Shown piece by piece: positions 8,880-18,371 of a stretch of 64,000 bases of DNA. Source of the stretch: Candidatus Magasanikiibacteriota bacterium (GTDB lineage: Bacteria > Patescibacteriota > Patescibacteriia > Magasanikbacterales > UBA922); the NCBI GenBank assembly GCA_052033375.1, contig JBPOJQ010000008.1, positions 1,185 through 65,184 of the forward strand, given 5' to 3'. The translations under genes and the position numbers were made by a program. The stretch's first letter is position 1, and each line of letters begins with the position of its first letter. Below the pieces are notes generated by a model, which was not told the origin of the DNA, made no database searches, and worked only from the letters and a program-made list of their open reading frames with translations.

Positions 8880-10268
8880 ATGAACATGGGTAAATACTTT
8901 TTCTCCTCCAATCCAGATAAAGAGACCTTACATAGTCGAATTATCCCAACTGAGGAACAAAAAGAAAGTCAAATAGAACGATGGAACGATTTGCGTGATT
9001 ATTTAGTGGAAAAACTTGGTGAGGCATCAGGGTACAAAATAACCTGGTGGCTTCAAGGTTCCTATAAGCTTGCAACACAGACCCGACCACCTAAAATTGG
9101 AGAAGAATTCGATGTCGACGTCGGTATTTATTTTAATTGGGATGGTGATGAGGACAACAGTCGGTTCACGGCTTTAGATCTAAAAACAATGGTCCAAAAA
9201 AATCTTTTAGACTATAAAGAAAAAGAAGGTGTTGATGATGTTAAAGAGGTGACAATTCCACCAAAAGAACGCTGCTGTCGAATTAGCTTTGAAGGAAACT
9301 TTCATATTGATGTGCCAGTCTATCATCAAGATGAAAAAAACGACACACGAAGATTAGCAACGAATAGCGATATCTGGGAAAAAAGTGATCCAAAAGAATT
9401 TTCTGATTGGTTCGTAAATCTATTACAGGACGAGGATAAGGCAAGTCAGCTACGACGCAGTATAAAGTATTTGAAAATATGGAGTGCTTTACATTTGAAG
9501 AAACAACCATCTTCCATATTATTGACAGTATTAGCTGCCAATGTGTATGTCAGGCAAAGTATCATTACTCAGGATGATGTTTGTCTAAAAATTATAGTTG
9601 ACGGAATAGTGGAAGATCTCTCTGTCAATCAAGCAGTCCTCAACCCTGTTAATCCAGAGGAGGATTTGAATAGACTCACAGAAAGTGAAACTACCGAACT
9701 AATCAATAACTTGAACACACTATCCCAACAAATTGATATTGCACTAAAAGCAGAAAGAGAAATAGATGCTTATTCGATTTGGTCAGAAATTTTCTGTCAC
9801 TTTTTTCCACCGATTGAAGATGTGAGCAATGATTCAAAAAATAATTCAATCATTCCTGTTACTTTTATCCCAAGAGTTTCTGTTAATGCCTACGACAAAT
9901 TCGGAAACAATAGAAGTTCGGGTATTAATCGTGTTGGTCCTATTCCTAAAGAGTGTACAATTTATTTTGAATTGACCAATGCACGCCTACTGCAGAGTGT
10001 ATACTATACCCAATGGGTAGTAAGAAACGCTGGCACTGAAGCAGATTACACAAACGATTTGGGTCATTTTGCAGGTAGTGATTCATTGAGAGCTAAGGAA
10101 AAATCTGCTTACAATGGGACGCATCATATGGATTTAATAATTAAATCACCTATTGGTCTCGTTCTGGGCTATGGGCATATACCAGTAATAATAGAGGATA
10201 TTCCTACCGTACCAAGAAATCCATTAAAAAAACCACCATATACTCAAATTAATAAAAAACATAAATAA
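8880..10268 (+). CDS. CBASS cGAS/DncV-like nucleotidyltransferase (CD-NTase) with C-terminal AGS-C-like domain
   Basis: LQGSY..T..RP..EFDVDVG (GS and DxD), FHIDVPVY (third Asp), WEKSDP, LRRSIKYLKIW; C-terminal PK...WVVRNAGTEA...DLGH...EKSAYNGTHHMD. Confidence 0.9.
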   Translation: MNMGKYFFSSNPDKETLHSRIIPTEEQKESQIERWNDLRDYLVEKLGEASGYKITWWLQGSYKLATQTRPPKIGEEFDVDVGIYFNWDGDEDNSRFTALDLKTMVQKNLLDYKEKEGVDDVKEVTIPPKERCCRISFEGNFHIDVPVYHQDEKNDTRRLATNSDIWEKSDPKEFSDWFVNLLQDEDKASQLRRSIKYLKIWSALHLKKQPSSILLTVLAANVYVRQSIITQDDVCLKIIVDGIVEDLSVNQAVLNPVNPEEDLNRLTESETTELINNLNTLSQQIDIALKAEREIDAYSIWSEIFCHFFPPIEDVSNDSKNNSIIPVTFIPRVSVNAYDKFGNNRSSGINRVGPIPKECTIYFELTNARLLQSVYYTQWVVRNAGTEADYTNDLGHFAGSDSLRAKEKSAYNGTHHMDLIIKSPIGLVLGYGHIPVIIEDIPTVPRNPLKKPPYTQINKKHK

Positions 10269-10277
10269 TATAAACAT

Positions 10278-10859
10278 ATGCAGATTAGTCCAGAAAAAAA
10301 GGAAGATATATTGTTGGTCGCACTACAAGAGCGTTACGCATCAATACACAAAATTAGAGAACGTGTACAGTCAGTCGGGATTTGGGCATTAGGATTGATG
10401 TTAGCTGCCGGCGGTTGGATCATCCAGAGCGGTATAGTTTTAGAGGGCTTAGAAAAAATTCTGATTGTACTATTTTTAATTACAATATTTGTCATATTGC
10501 GTTTTACGTACTTGAAAGATCTGAATACCGGATTTAAAGGTCAGCAAAGAACTGCATCGGCGCTAGAAACAGAATTAGGATTTTACACCCCAGGTGTTTT
10601 TAACGAGACGAGTGTTCCTTTGTATCCTGAGAAATGGCAGAAAGCAGGAACAGAAGAAGGCGAAGGTAGATTTTTCAAAACATCGTACTACCTAATTTAT
10701 GTAGGTATTATTTTCCTCATATTGGTTGTTTTACTGAACGGTTTGAGTATAACCAGCAATTATGATCAAAATTCAATGACATACCGAACGTGTATGGAAG
10801 ACAGGAATGTTTTTATTCATAAGTTTCAGGATGATAAAATATGGTTTCACAGAAGATAA
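10278..10859 (+). CDS. 3-TM membrane protein, candidate CBASS effector
   Basis: Starts 9 bp after CD-NTase; three hydrophobic segments; no SAVED, TIR, patatin or beta-barrel motif visible. Confidence 0.65.
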   Translation: MQISPEKKEDILLVALQERYASIHKIRERVQSVGIWALGLMLAAGGWIIQSGIVLEGLEKILIVLFLITIFVILRFTYLKDLNTGFKGQQRTASALETELGFYTPGVFNETSVPLYPEKWQKAGTEEGEGRFFKTSYYLIYVGIIFLILVVLLNGLSITSNYDQNSMTYRTCMEDRNVFIHKFQDDKIWFHRR

Positions 10860-11275
10860 AACAAGAAATAGAAACAAGATTCCAACTTGCATTAACCATA
10901 TCAATTTTGTTTCCAACCTTTTTAGCAACAGCATCTCAAAGAGTAAAAACTGAGGATGTGCAAATAGCACAAACTGTTTTAACGTGGTCTATTTTAATTG
11001 GTGGATTTTTATTGGATTATGTATTTTTTTCTCTGATTAAAAATAAAATTAAGAATTGGACATATGTATGGGTAAATAGGATGCTCATTTTTGGTATAAG
11101 TCTATTTATTTTTCCTATTCTTTTTCTTTCCACCGTCAACCTAGAGGGACCGGATCCTGGCTTGATTAATACAGTCGGACTTCAAGGCTCTCTATATGCG
11201 TTATTAGTTGTTCCTCTTATTATTTTGGTAATACTACTAATAAGCTTTTTAAGTTTTGCAGCGGGTAAAAAGTAA
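10841..11275 (+). CDS. 4-TM membrane protein, third gene of the CD-NTase operon
   Basis: Overlaps the previous gene by 19 bp; four hydrophobic segments; AT-rich. Confidence 0.65.
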   Translation: MVSQKIKQEIETRFQLALTISILFPTFLATASQRVKTEDVQIAQTVLTWSILIGGFLLDYVFFSLIKNKIKNWTYVWVNRMLIFGISLFIFPILFLSTVNLEGPDPGLINTVGLQGSLYALLVVPLIILVILLISFLSFAAGKK

Positions 11276-11880
11276 TTACGTCGACAAACTAATCTCTTTA
11301 TTTTGTAATAGTAATTTACTGTTTAGATGTTTGAGTACTTCTCGTTTCTGATCTTTCGTTCCATCTCTCAAAATATATTTAGCATAATTTCGCATATCTC
11401 CGGTCGTGAGTGTATTAAAAACTTCGCCCCCTGTTCCAAATACTCCTAGAGCAAATTTCTTTAGTTTAAGAACCTCTTGTTCCATTTTTTCCTGCAGGAC
11501 AAATTGATCGAGCTCTATTTTATCCATCAAATGCAATATCTGCCTCAATAGCTCCTCTTCACGTATTGCACCCTCCTTACAGTCCCGATTCTTGCCTTTG
11601 GTGCAGTGATAATACACGTACCGATGCGTATTCCCATTCTGCTGGTGCTTGAACTTTTCTTCAGCACATATTCCTGATCCACATCCTCCGCAATATAGTA
11701 GATTGGTAAACTCATACTCAGTATTCCCTGGATGTCGTCGTGCTGGAGCTAACAAATTAGCTTGAGCTAAATCAAAGAGATGTTTCGTAATAATCGGATA
11801 ATGGCTTCCGGTATAGAACTTCTTACTGCCGACTGGAAATTCAAACATCCCGTGATAGATGGTTTCTTTCAGCACTCGGT
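11276..11880 (-). pseudogene. 5'-truncated large serine recombinase (recombinase tail, zinc ribbon, coiled coil)
   Basis: YHGMFEF..GSHYPII..LFDLAQ, LLYCGGCG...YVYYHC..C..IREEEL; catalytic resolvase domain absent; left end approximate. Confidence 0.8.
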
Positions 11881-11906
11881 GTATGTGTGCTATACTCGTT
11901 TCATCT

Positions 11907-12554
11907 ATGTGTTTTTCAGCCACAGCCAGCTTCACCGCGAGTGCACTTCTCGCGACGACCGGAGTTGCGTCAATTATGCAGACCAAACATACACGAATGC
12001 TACCGTTTGCGAGTATTCCGTTGATTTTTGCAATTCAACAAGCAATCGAAGGTGGCCTCTGGATGACTCTGCGTGGTTCGGGGGAAGAGACAATGCTTCT
12101 GACTGGAATGTTTTTATTTTTTGCGTTGTGGTGGTGGCCAGCATTCACTCCATTTGCACTCTATCAGATAGAGCCTCCCGGCTGGCGACGGACAATATTA
12201 GCACTCAGTGCAGGGCTCGGATTGGCGCTTGGATTATTTTTATTTGCACGGTTTCTCATAAATCCGAATCCAGCGACTATTGTGAATCAATGTATATATT
12301 ATGAATACACTGCGCCGTATAGTACCGCAGTCATTGTGATGTATATTGCAACAACCGTCGGTGTGGGAGTAATGTCGAGTAGATACATGATCAAGACGCT
12401 TTTTGCAGTGATTGGTCTGTGCGCTTTTGTGTCATCGGTGGTATATTTTGAAAATTTTACGTCGGTCTGGTGTTTCTTTGCCGCCGTTGTCAGTGCGTGG
12501 ATTTATTTTATTGTACGAGGGACAAAGAAACGTGAGGTACATCGGAAACACTAA
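11907..12554 (+). CDS. DUF6629-like multi-pass membrane protein
   Basis: MCFSATASF start, IPLIFAIQQAIEG, FTSVWCFFAA; TG-n-TATACT ends 10 nt upstream. Confidence 0.75.
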   Translation: MCFSATASFTASALLATTGVASIMQTKHTRMLPFASIPLIFAIQQAIEGGLWMTLRGSGEETMLLTGMFLFFALWWWPAFTPFALYQIEPPGWRRTILALSAGLGLALGLFLFARFLINPNPATIVNQCIYYEYTAPYSTAVIVMYIATTVGVGVMSSRYMIKTLFAVIGLCAFVSSVVYFENFTSVWCFFAAVVSAWIYFIVRGTKKREVHRKH

Positions 12555-12722
12555 TTTGTGCGGTGGTACAGATACGCTGTGAACGGCGTTTTTTTTGTAT
12601 ACAGTAAGAATTGACAAAAATACTATACCATGATAATTATTTCTATTGGTTTACCATGGGTTATCTGACAACAACGTCAAGCGAATGAACTCACAACAAC
12701 ACACTGAGGGGAGAGTGCACAC

Positions 12723-13400
12723 GTGATTCTCAGATATGCAGAGTATGTCGCACTCCATCAGGAAGCATGCGAAAGGCTTCACATAGAAGCTGGGCGTATG
12801 CTCATGCATGGAGTGACAGGGGATCCTATACTGAACACAGGGAGGATTGTATCGGGGTACATGACTGCACTGGTTCCGAGCAGGGAGATGGCGAATCACT
12901 CCGCGCAGTTGGCAGAGAGGATCGGGGACATGGTGCCCTCCTTCCTGCCGTACCGCGCAGAACAGCTGTGTCTGCCGTTCATGGTGACCAGTGACTGGGT
13001 GAACCCCAGCCTGATCGCTGAATGCGTCGGTGGGGTGTTCGGGAATCTCCATGCGACGAAAGACATGGTGCAACTGCTGTGGACGGGGGCGTTCTGTGGG
13101 AGTCAGCGAGTCTTCGCGACTGTCCTGCCGAATCGAGAACTCTTCTCGATCATGCGAGATGTGGCGCTCTGTGCGCTGTGTCGAGGTATGATGTCCGGAA
13201 ACCCATTCACGGAGATGCATCTCACCCTCGGTCACTTCCGGGAGGCCCTGCCTCGGGAAGAAATCGAAGGTGTTCTCAAGCTCACGGGGAACTTCCATAT
13301 CCAGCAGTCGTTGCAGCCCGCGGCAATCGCGGTCTCTCGGTTTGCAATCGGACGAGAAGATGTCGAAGTCGAGATCGTGGAGCGATTCACGTTCGGCTAG
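12723..13400 (+). CDS. GC-rich orphan, degenerate 2H-phosphoesterase-like protein
   Basis: Second 2H motif HLTLGHF present, first replaced (YRAEQLCLP); GGGAG SD, TTGACA at 12611. Confidence 0.55.
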   Translation: MILRYAEYVALHQEACERLHIEAGRMLMHGVTGDPILNTGRIVSGYMTALVPSREMANHSAQLAERIGDMVPSFLPYRAEQLCLPFMVTSDWVNPSLIAECVGGVFGNLHATKDMVQLLWTGAFCGSQRVFATVLPNRELFSIMRDVALCALCRGMMSGNPFTEMHLTLGHFREALPREEIEGVLKLTGNFHIQQSLQPAAIAVSRFAIGREDVEVEIVERFTFG

Positions 13401-13592
13401 ACCATCTACTCATTCCTGCACAAGCTCGGATGGACGCAGGTCCTGTCACGGCGAGTGTGGGTAGTTCTACAAAACCACCCACATATCGCTTGTACTGAGT
13501 ATGCCTCTATAATGAGGATAATCAGTAGAAGTGGTGGGTGGTTTTGTATACTGGGTTGTATTTTTCAAGGTAAATGCGTTACAATACGTTTT

Positions 13593-14786
13593 ATGAAAAA
13601 AAAGCTGTTTATTATTCTCATAGTAGTAGTTCTCGGAGTGGCGGGGTGGTATCTATTCCGCACGATATTGTGGTATCGTTCGGGAGATACGGCTCGGGCA
13701 GAAGCACAAGCGCGTGAAGAAGCGATTGATCGGGTATTGGATGCCCGTCGGGTGCGAGTAGAAGAGGGTGTGGCAGCTGATCCATTTGGCAAAGACGGGA
13801 TAGTGCGGGTATTGTTGATTGGGCTGGATAAGCGGGTGGGTCAGACTGCAGGACATTGCGATGTGATTCAGATGATTACGATAGATTCGATACAGAATAA
13901 AATAAATATTACTGCCGTACCACGAGGTACATATTCACCACTTCCGCCAGGGACAGGAGTCACTTCTTCTGATTATTATGTATCAAATGCATGCGGACTC
14001 GCGGGTATTGAATATGGTATTGCACAGATTGAAAAAATTGTAGGAATGAAAGCTGATTATCTCGTAATCGTTGGATTTTCTGAAACACTCGGAGTTCTTC
14101 GGAGTTTGCGTCTGCCTACTACCGAGACACTCCAATGGCTCCGACAGAGACATGTCTATGCAATTGGTGAACCACAGCGCGCCCACAATCATTCTACTTT
14201 TTTGAAACAGATGTTGATTGATTATATTCCAGACGAGCCTTCAAAAATTGATAAAGCCCTTCATTATGTCGTATACAAGATTGTAAAAACCGATTTATCA
14301 TTTGATGAGGCGGAGGCAATCGTCACAGCGCTTACCCGTATGAAGATGTCTGAGCATCCAGATGATATTACACTCTCGATGCGTCCTGCACATAGTGTCG
14401 CTGACATTCCCTATATTCCTGCGGAATTGAAAAAATATCTGGATAGTACGCTCGGCAGAATCAAAGGAAGTTTGTCAAAAGATGATTATAGCGGAAATAC
14501 GGATGATGAAATACAGAGCACATTACGCGCAATGATTGAGGAGAAAAAGAATGATACTCAATTTATTCTGTGGGGGTTTGAAAATAATCTCTGGCTTCAG
14601 ATTGAAGAAGAGCCTGTGCGATTGGCAGTACAATATCAATTTTTAGTCGGATATCTGAATATAGAGAAAGATAGTGCAAAGAGAAAGACAGCGATTACTG
14701 ATTATATACTTGAGATGGAGCATGGCGGGTATGAAGAGTGGGCGTCCAAAGGCAGGGAAGAATTAGCCCGTGAAATAAAAAAATGA
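13593..14786 (+). CDS. LCP (LytR-CpsA-Psr) family protein
   Basis: N-terminal TM, VLLIGLDKR..HCDVIQMI...VPRGT. Confidence 0.75.
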   Translation: MKKKLFIILIVVVLGVAGWYLFRTILWYRSGDTARAEAQAREEAIDRVLDARRVRVEEGVAADPFGKDGIVRVLLIGLDKRVGQTAGHCDVIQMITIDSIQNKINITAVPRGTYSPLPPGTGVTSSDYYVSNACGLAGIEYGIAQIEKIVGMKADYLVIVGFSETLGVLRSLRLPTTETLQWLRQRHVYAIGEPQRAHNHSTFLKQMLIDYIPDEPSKIDKALHYVVYKIVKTDLSFDEAEAIVTALTRMKMSEHPDDITLSMRPAHSVADIPYIPAELKKYLDSTLGRIKGSLSKDDYSGNTDDEIQSTLRAMIEEKKNDTQFILWGFENNLWLQIEEEPVRLAVQYQFLVGYLNIEKDSAKRKTAITDYILEMEHGGYEEWASKGREELAREIKK

Positions 14787-14814
14787 ACTACCACTGGCAT
14801 AAGCCAGTGGTGTT
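14787..14814. repeat. Hairpin resembling an IS200/IS605-type end (no transposase nearby)
   Basis: actaccactggc-ataa-gccagtggtgtt; may simply be a terminator. Confidence 0.3.
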
Positions 14815-14940
14815 GTTTTAGTGATACAAGTCTTTTCACCCCCCCCCATAGAGTTTTTGTACAATTTCAAGAACGTTGCATAGTGTATATACACCGATGT
14901 GATGTCGGTGATGTGTTTGGTGGGTAAAAAAGCGTGTTGT

Positions 14941-15441
14941 CTAGCGCGCTTTTTTTGTAATCGTATATTCGATTATGTTTTCCCCTATTGTGACACTGAC
15001 AGTGTCTCCAACTTTTTTCCCCAGTAATGCGGTACCGATTGGTGAGTGATGTGAAATGATTCCTCGATCAGGATTAGTCTCGCTTGAGCCGAGAATGTGA
15101 TAGGTCTTTTCCAATCCATGACTACTGACAGTGACTATGTCTCCGATGGAAATCGTGTCACTTGTAGATTGAGAAGAAATTACTTCAGCGTGTTTAATTT
15201 GGTTTTCGAGAACGAGTATTCGTTGATTTACGGAGCGAAGTTTTGCTTTGGCAAGCTGGTATTCGACGTTTTCTGAAAAGTCGCCCAGTTCGGCAAGTCG
15301 TCCTACTTCTTTTGCGAGTATTGGACGCTGAATATGCAGTCGATCGAGTTTGCGCGTGAGTTCATCGAGTTTTTCTTGGGTAATAAAAGGATCCAGTGGA
15401 GTATGTGCGTATTTTCCTGGTTTTCGATAGGGGAGTTGCAT
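14941..15441 (-). CDS. greA: Transcription elongation factor GreA
   Basis: AELGDFSENVEYQLAK, ISHHSPIGTALLG. Confidence 0.9.
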   Translation of the reverse strand: MQLPYRKPGKYAHTPLDPFITQEKLDELTRKLDRLHIQRPILAKEVGRLAELGDFSENVEYQLAKAKLRSVNQRILVLENQIKHAEVISSQSTSDTISIGDIVTVSSHGLEKTYHILGSSETNPDRGIISHHSPIGTALLGKKVGDTVSVTIGENIIEYTITKKAR

Positions 15442-15624
15442 AGAGTAATATCATAACATCTCAGGTGTATTTTACAAGATAGGGGTATGTGATAATGGTG
15501 GGTGGAGTGTCGGCACACTCCACCATGCTACAGAATTTCCACTGGCCGAACACCTGCGCGAACCGACGTCGGGTAGCGTGCTTGTGTACAGAGGAATATG
15601 ACAGATAGAGGAGGAGGTCTGGGG

Positions 15625-16278
15625 TCATTCGTCGTGAGTGTTTGAGTGTCGGATGCATGGCGGGAGATATGCGCTGGCACGGGGAGCAGCATGGAGTTTG
15701 GCACTCAGCACCTTTCGTGCTTTGAGGAGTCTGCCCGCGATGGTTTTGGGAGAAACATCGAGTATGTCTGCGGCCTCTTGGTAGGAAAAACCATACAGAT
15801 CGATCAATGCGAGCGTATTTTTGTGCTTGTCACGCATCGAAGAATTCTGGAGGGCTGTATGCATGATATCTCGAAGTTCCGACAGTTCCGCTTCTTGGTG
15901 TGGGTTGGTTCCATCTGGGTGGGTGTAGTCATTCAGGTCGATTTCGGGCCGGTGTTTCAGACGATGATTCAATAATGAAATTCGTGCGTCGATCGCCACA
16001 TGTTTGGCGATGTGAAAGATCCAGGATGTGAGATTTCGACCATCGAAGCGGGAATGGATGGATTTGAAGACTTTGAAGAAGGTATCCTGTGTCGCTTCTT
16101 CAGCAGTCGGGATGTCGCGAATGATTCCAAGAACGAAGCGGAAAATACCCTTCCAGTAGAGCTGGTAGAGAGCGCGATATACCCGGTTTACCGTGCGCTC
16201 GTCAGGTGCAGACATGAGCGAAGTGTAGATATCCCGCGCACGTGTCGCAGCAGTACTTTTTTTTCTCGGATTGTCCAT
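15625..16278 (-). CDS. Divergent ECF-type sigma-70 factor (GC-rich, no adjacent anti-sigma)
   Basis: Region 2 AEEATQDTFFK..TSWIFHIAK, region 4 GFSYQEAADIL..RLLKAR; GAGG SD; TTGACC-N17-TACGTT upstream. Confidence 0.75.
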   Translation of the reverse strand: MDNPRKKSTAATRARDIYTSLMSAPDERTVNRVYRALYQLYWKGIFRFVLGIIRDIPTAEEATQDTFFKVFKSIHSRFDGRNLTSWIFHIAKHVAIDARISLLNHRLKHRPEIDLNDYTHPDGTNPHQEAELSELRDIMHTALQNSSMRDKHKNTLALIDLYGFSYQEAADILDVSPKTIAGRLLKARKVLSAKLHAAPRASAYLPPCIRHSNTHDE

Positions 16279-16396
16279 TGGCGTACCTCTATATATCTGT
16301 AAAAGAACGTCATACAATGGGATGAACGCCCACGTATGATTATATAAACGTACCAACTGTATGATAGGGGGTCAAGTGCGGTCTAGAGTGGTGCTG

Positions 16397-16423
16397 TGAA
16401 ATAAAACGAGGTGGTGAGGTGTA
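16397..16423 (+). promoter_or_regulatory. Candidate ECF promoter A, copy 1
   Basis: TGAAATAAA-N10-GAGGTGTA, repeated at 17728-17754. Confidence 0.55.
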
Positions 16424-16471
16424 TACTATATATGAATGGGTGTATACTACCGTTCAATTCTATGCCACTGT

Positions 16472-17026
16472 ATGGATCGTAATCTGCAGGATGAAGAGCT
16501 TGCGTTGGAAGTGCAAAAAGGCAGACATGAGGCGTTTGCTATATTGTACGAAAGATATGAACAAAAGATGCTTCGCTATGGCAGGCGATTTTTGTATACC
16601 TACGAAGATTTGGAAGATGCTGTGCAGGAAGTGTTTATCAAAACATACAAAAATATCAAAAGTTTTAATGTAGAAAAGAAATTTTCTACTTGGCTGTATC
16701 GGGTGGCTCATAATACATTTATCAATGTAATTAAAAAAAATGGAAGAGAGCCTGTATCATTTTTTGATTTCGATACACTTGTCAATATACCCAACAAGAC
16801 AACGGAAACACTCGAAGATGATTTTCTCAAAGCAGAAAACAAGGAATCGATAATTGAAATGATGAAAAAGATGGCTCCCAAATATCGTGAGGCACTTATA
16901 TTATTTTATTTTGAGGAATTGGGATATAAAGAAATCGCAGAAATTTTGAAAATCCCAGTGTCTACCGTGGGCGTGCGAATCACGAGAGCGAGAACTATGC
17001 TCAAAAAAATGATTTCTAATACGTAA
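16472..17026 (+). CDS. ECF sigma factor (SigW-like)
   Basis: EDAVQEVFIK, FSTWLYRVAHN, LGYKEIAEIL..VGVRITRAR; alternative start 16436. Confidence 0.9.
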   Translation: MDRNLQDEELALEVQKGRHEAFAILYERYEQKMLRYGRRFLYTYEDLEDAVQEVFIKTYKNIKSFNVEKKFSTWLYRVAHNTFINVIKKNGREPVSFFDFDTLVNIPNKTTETLEDDFLKAENKESIIEMMKKMAPKYREALILFYFEELGYKEIAEILKIPVSTVGVRITRARTMLKKMISNT

Positions 17027-17030
17027 TAAT

Positions 17031-17735
17031 ATGCAGGAAGAACCAACTAACATCAATGCGTCGCATCTCCTTGAGTCAATACGAAAGGGGGAATTAAAGA
17101 TGCGCCCCAAGTGGCACTTTGTATTGAAGACTGTCCTCATTCTATTGGGCGCTATCATTCTTTTGTTGTCAATTTTGTACCTAGTTAGTCTTATTATTTT
17201 TGGGTTGCGAGAAACGGGAGTCATCTTTACTCCAGGGTTTGGAATGAAAGGTACCATACTTTTCTTTAGATCATTACCGTGGGTATTGATTATACTCGTC
17301 GGAGTATTTTTGATTATTTTGGAAATTTTGGTACGAAAATATTCTTTTGCGTACAAGACTCCCTTACTGTATTCCGCTTTTGTGATTGTACTCGGTGCGC
17401 TTATGGGCGGATGGATAATTGCGCGCACCCCGCTGCATTGGGTGGTGATACACCGTGCACCTGAATTCAATATACCACTGGTGGGTCCGATGTATCGCGA
17501 CATACGGTATCCGGCGTTCAAAGAAATACATACCGGAAAAATTGTATTCATTACACCTCGCGGTTTTGATATGCAGAATCCTCGGGATGAGATGATTGTG
17601 GTCGTGATGAATCCAGAGACGCGAGTGATGAAACGGATGGAATTACACGTGGGGGATAATGTGATGGTAATTGGTCCGCGTATTGGGAACACAATCGACG
17701 CATTTGCGGTGAGAAATATATCAGGAATGAAATAA
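17031..17735 (+). CDS. Multi-TM protein, probable cognate anti-sigma factor
   Basis: 4 bp after the ECF gene; MRPKWHF, three TM segments, C-terminal beta domain. Confidence 0.6.
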   Translation: MQEEPTNINASHLLESIRKGELKMRPKWHFVLKTVLILLGAIILLLSILYLVSLIIFGLRETGVIFTPGFGMKGTILFFRSLPWVLIILVGVFLIILEILVRKYSFAYKTPLLYSAFVIVLGALMGGWIIARTPLHWVVIHRAPEFNIPLVGPMYRDIRYPAFKEIHTGKIVFITPRGFDMQNPRDEMIVVVMNPETRVMKRMELHVGDNVMVIGPRIGNTIDAFAVRNISGMK

Positions 17736-17754
17736 AGAGATACGTGGAGGTGTA
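17728..17754 (+). promoter_or_regulatory. Candidate ECF promoter A, copy 2
   Basis: TGAAATAAA-N10-GAGGTGTA upstream of the 17811 gene. Confidence 0.55.
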
Positions 17755-17810
17755 GTAGTAGATGTGACCCGGGAAACACACAAGTCTATTCTTAATACAA
17801 CAGTATATCT

Positions 17811-18269
17811 ATGACATATACCAAAATAGCTGCTTTCGCAGCACTACCAGTACTCGGACTCGGCATCTTCGGTGCAAGCCAGGTCGCATCCGCGCACGGA
17901 TTATTCAGAGGTGCATCGAGTGCGACTCCAGAAGAAATTGCCGCGCATCATACCGAGATGTTCGAACATCAATCAGAAATTCTCGGATTAAGTGTCGATG
18001 AAATCAAAGAAGCCTGGGCGGCGGGTAAGGGTATGAAAGAATTAATGGAAGAAAAAGGGATTGACGAAGAAGCTGTGCGTACAAAGATGAAAGCGGAGAT
18101 GGAATCACGTGTGAAAGAACATATGCAGACATTGGTAGAAAAAGGTGTGATTACTCAAGAACAAGCACGTACACGTCTCGAGACAATGAAAAATAATGAA
18201 GGGAAAATGGGAGATAGATTTGGAAAAGGCGGACATAGGCAGGGTATTCCATTCGAAGAAAGAATGTAG
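17811..18269 (+). CDS. Secreted helical hypothetical protein
   Basis: Signal peptide ending ASA, ILGLSVDEI..GK, LVEKGVITQEQA motif. Confidence 0.75.
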   Translation: MTYTKIAAFAALPVLGLGIFGASQVASAHGLFRGASSATPEEIAAHHTEMFEHQSEILGLSVDEIKEAWAAGKGMKELMEEKGIDEEAVRTKMKAEMESRVKEHMQTLVEKGVITQEQARTRLETMKNNEGKMGDRFGKGGHRQGIPFEERM

Positions 18270-18278
18270 GAGATATAT

Positions 18279-18313
18279 AAAAAACACCTCGACTGCACAT
18301 CGGGGTGTTTTTT
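18279..18313. terminator. Intrinsic terminator
   Basis: aaaaaacacctcga...tcggggtgtttttt. Confidence 0.7.
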
Positions 18314-18371
18314 GTATACATAGTATGCGCATATATTTTTCAAATCGAAAAAAATTTGCTATACTGAACTC

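Noticed and set aside
11880-11986. N-terminal extension of the minus-strand recombinase ORF
   Set aside because: Antisense to the DUF6629-like gene start; no recombinase similarity
12651-13498. Long alternative and antisense ORFs over the GC-rich gene
   Set aside because: Expected shadow ORFs in GC-rich DNA; only 12723 has SD, promoter and a motif
6688-14779. Additional TGAAATAAA matches at 6688 and 14771 as ECF promoter A sites
   Set aside because: No GAGGTGTA at the required spacing
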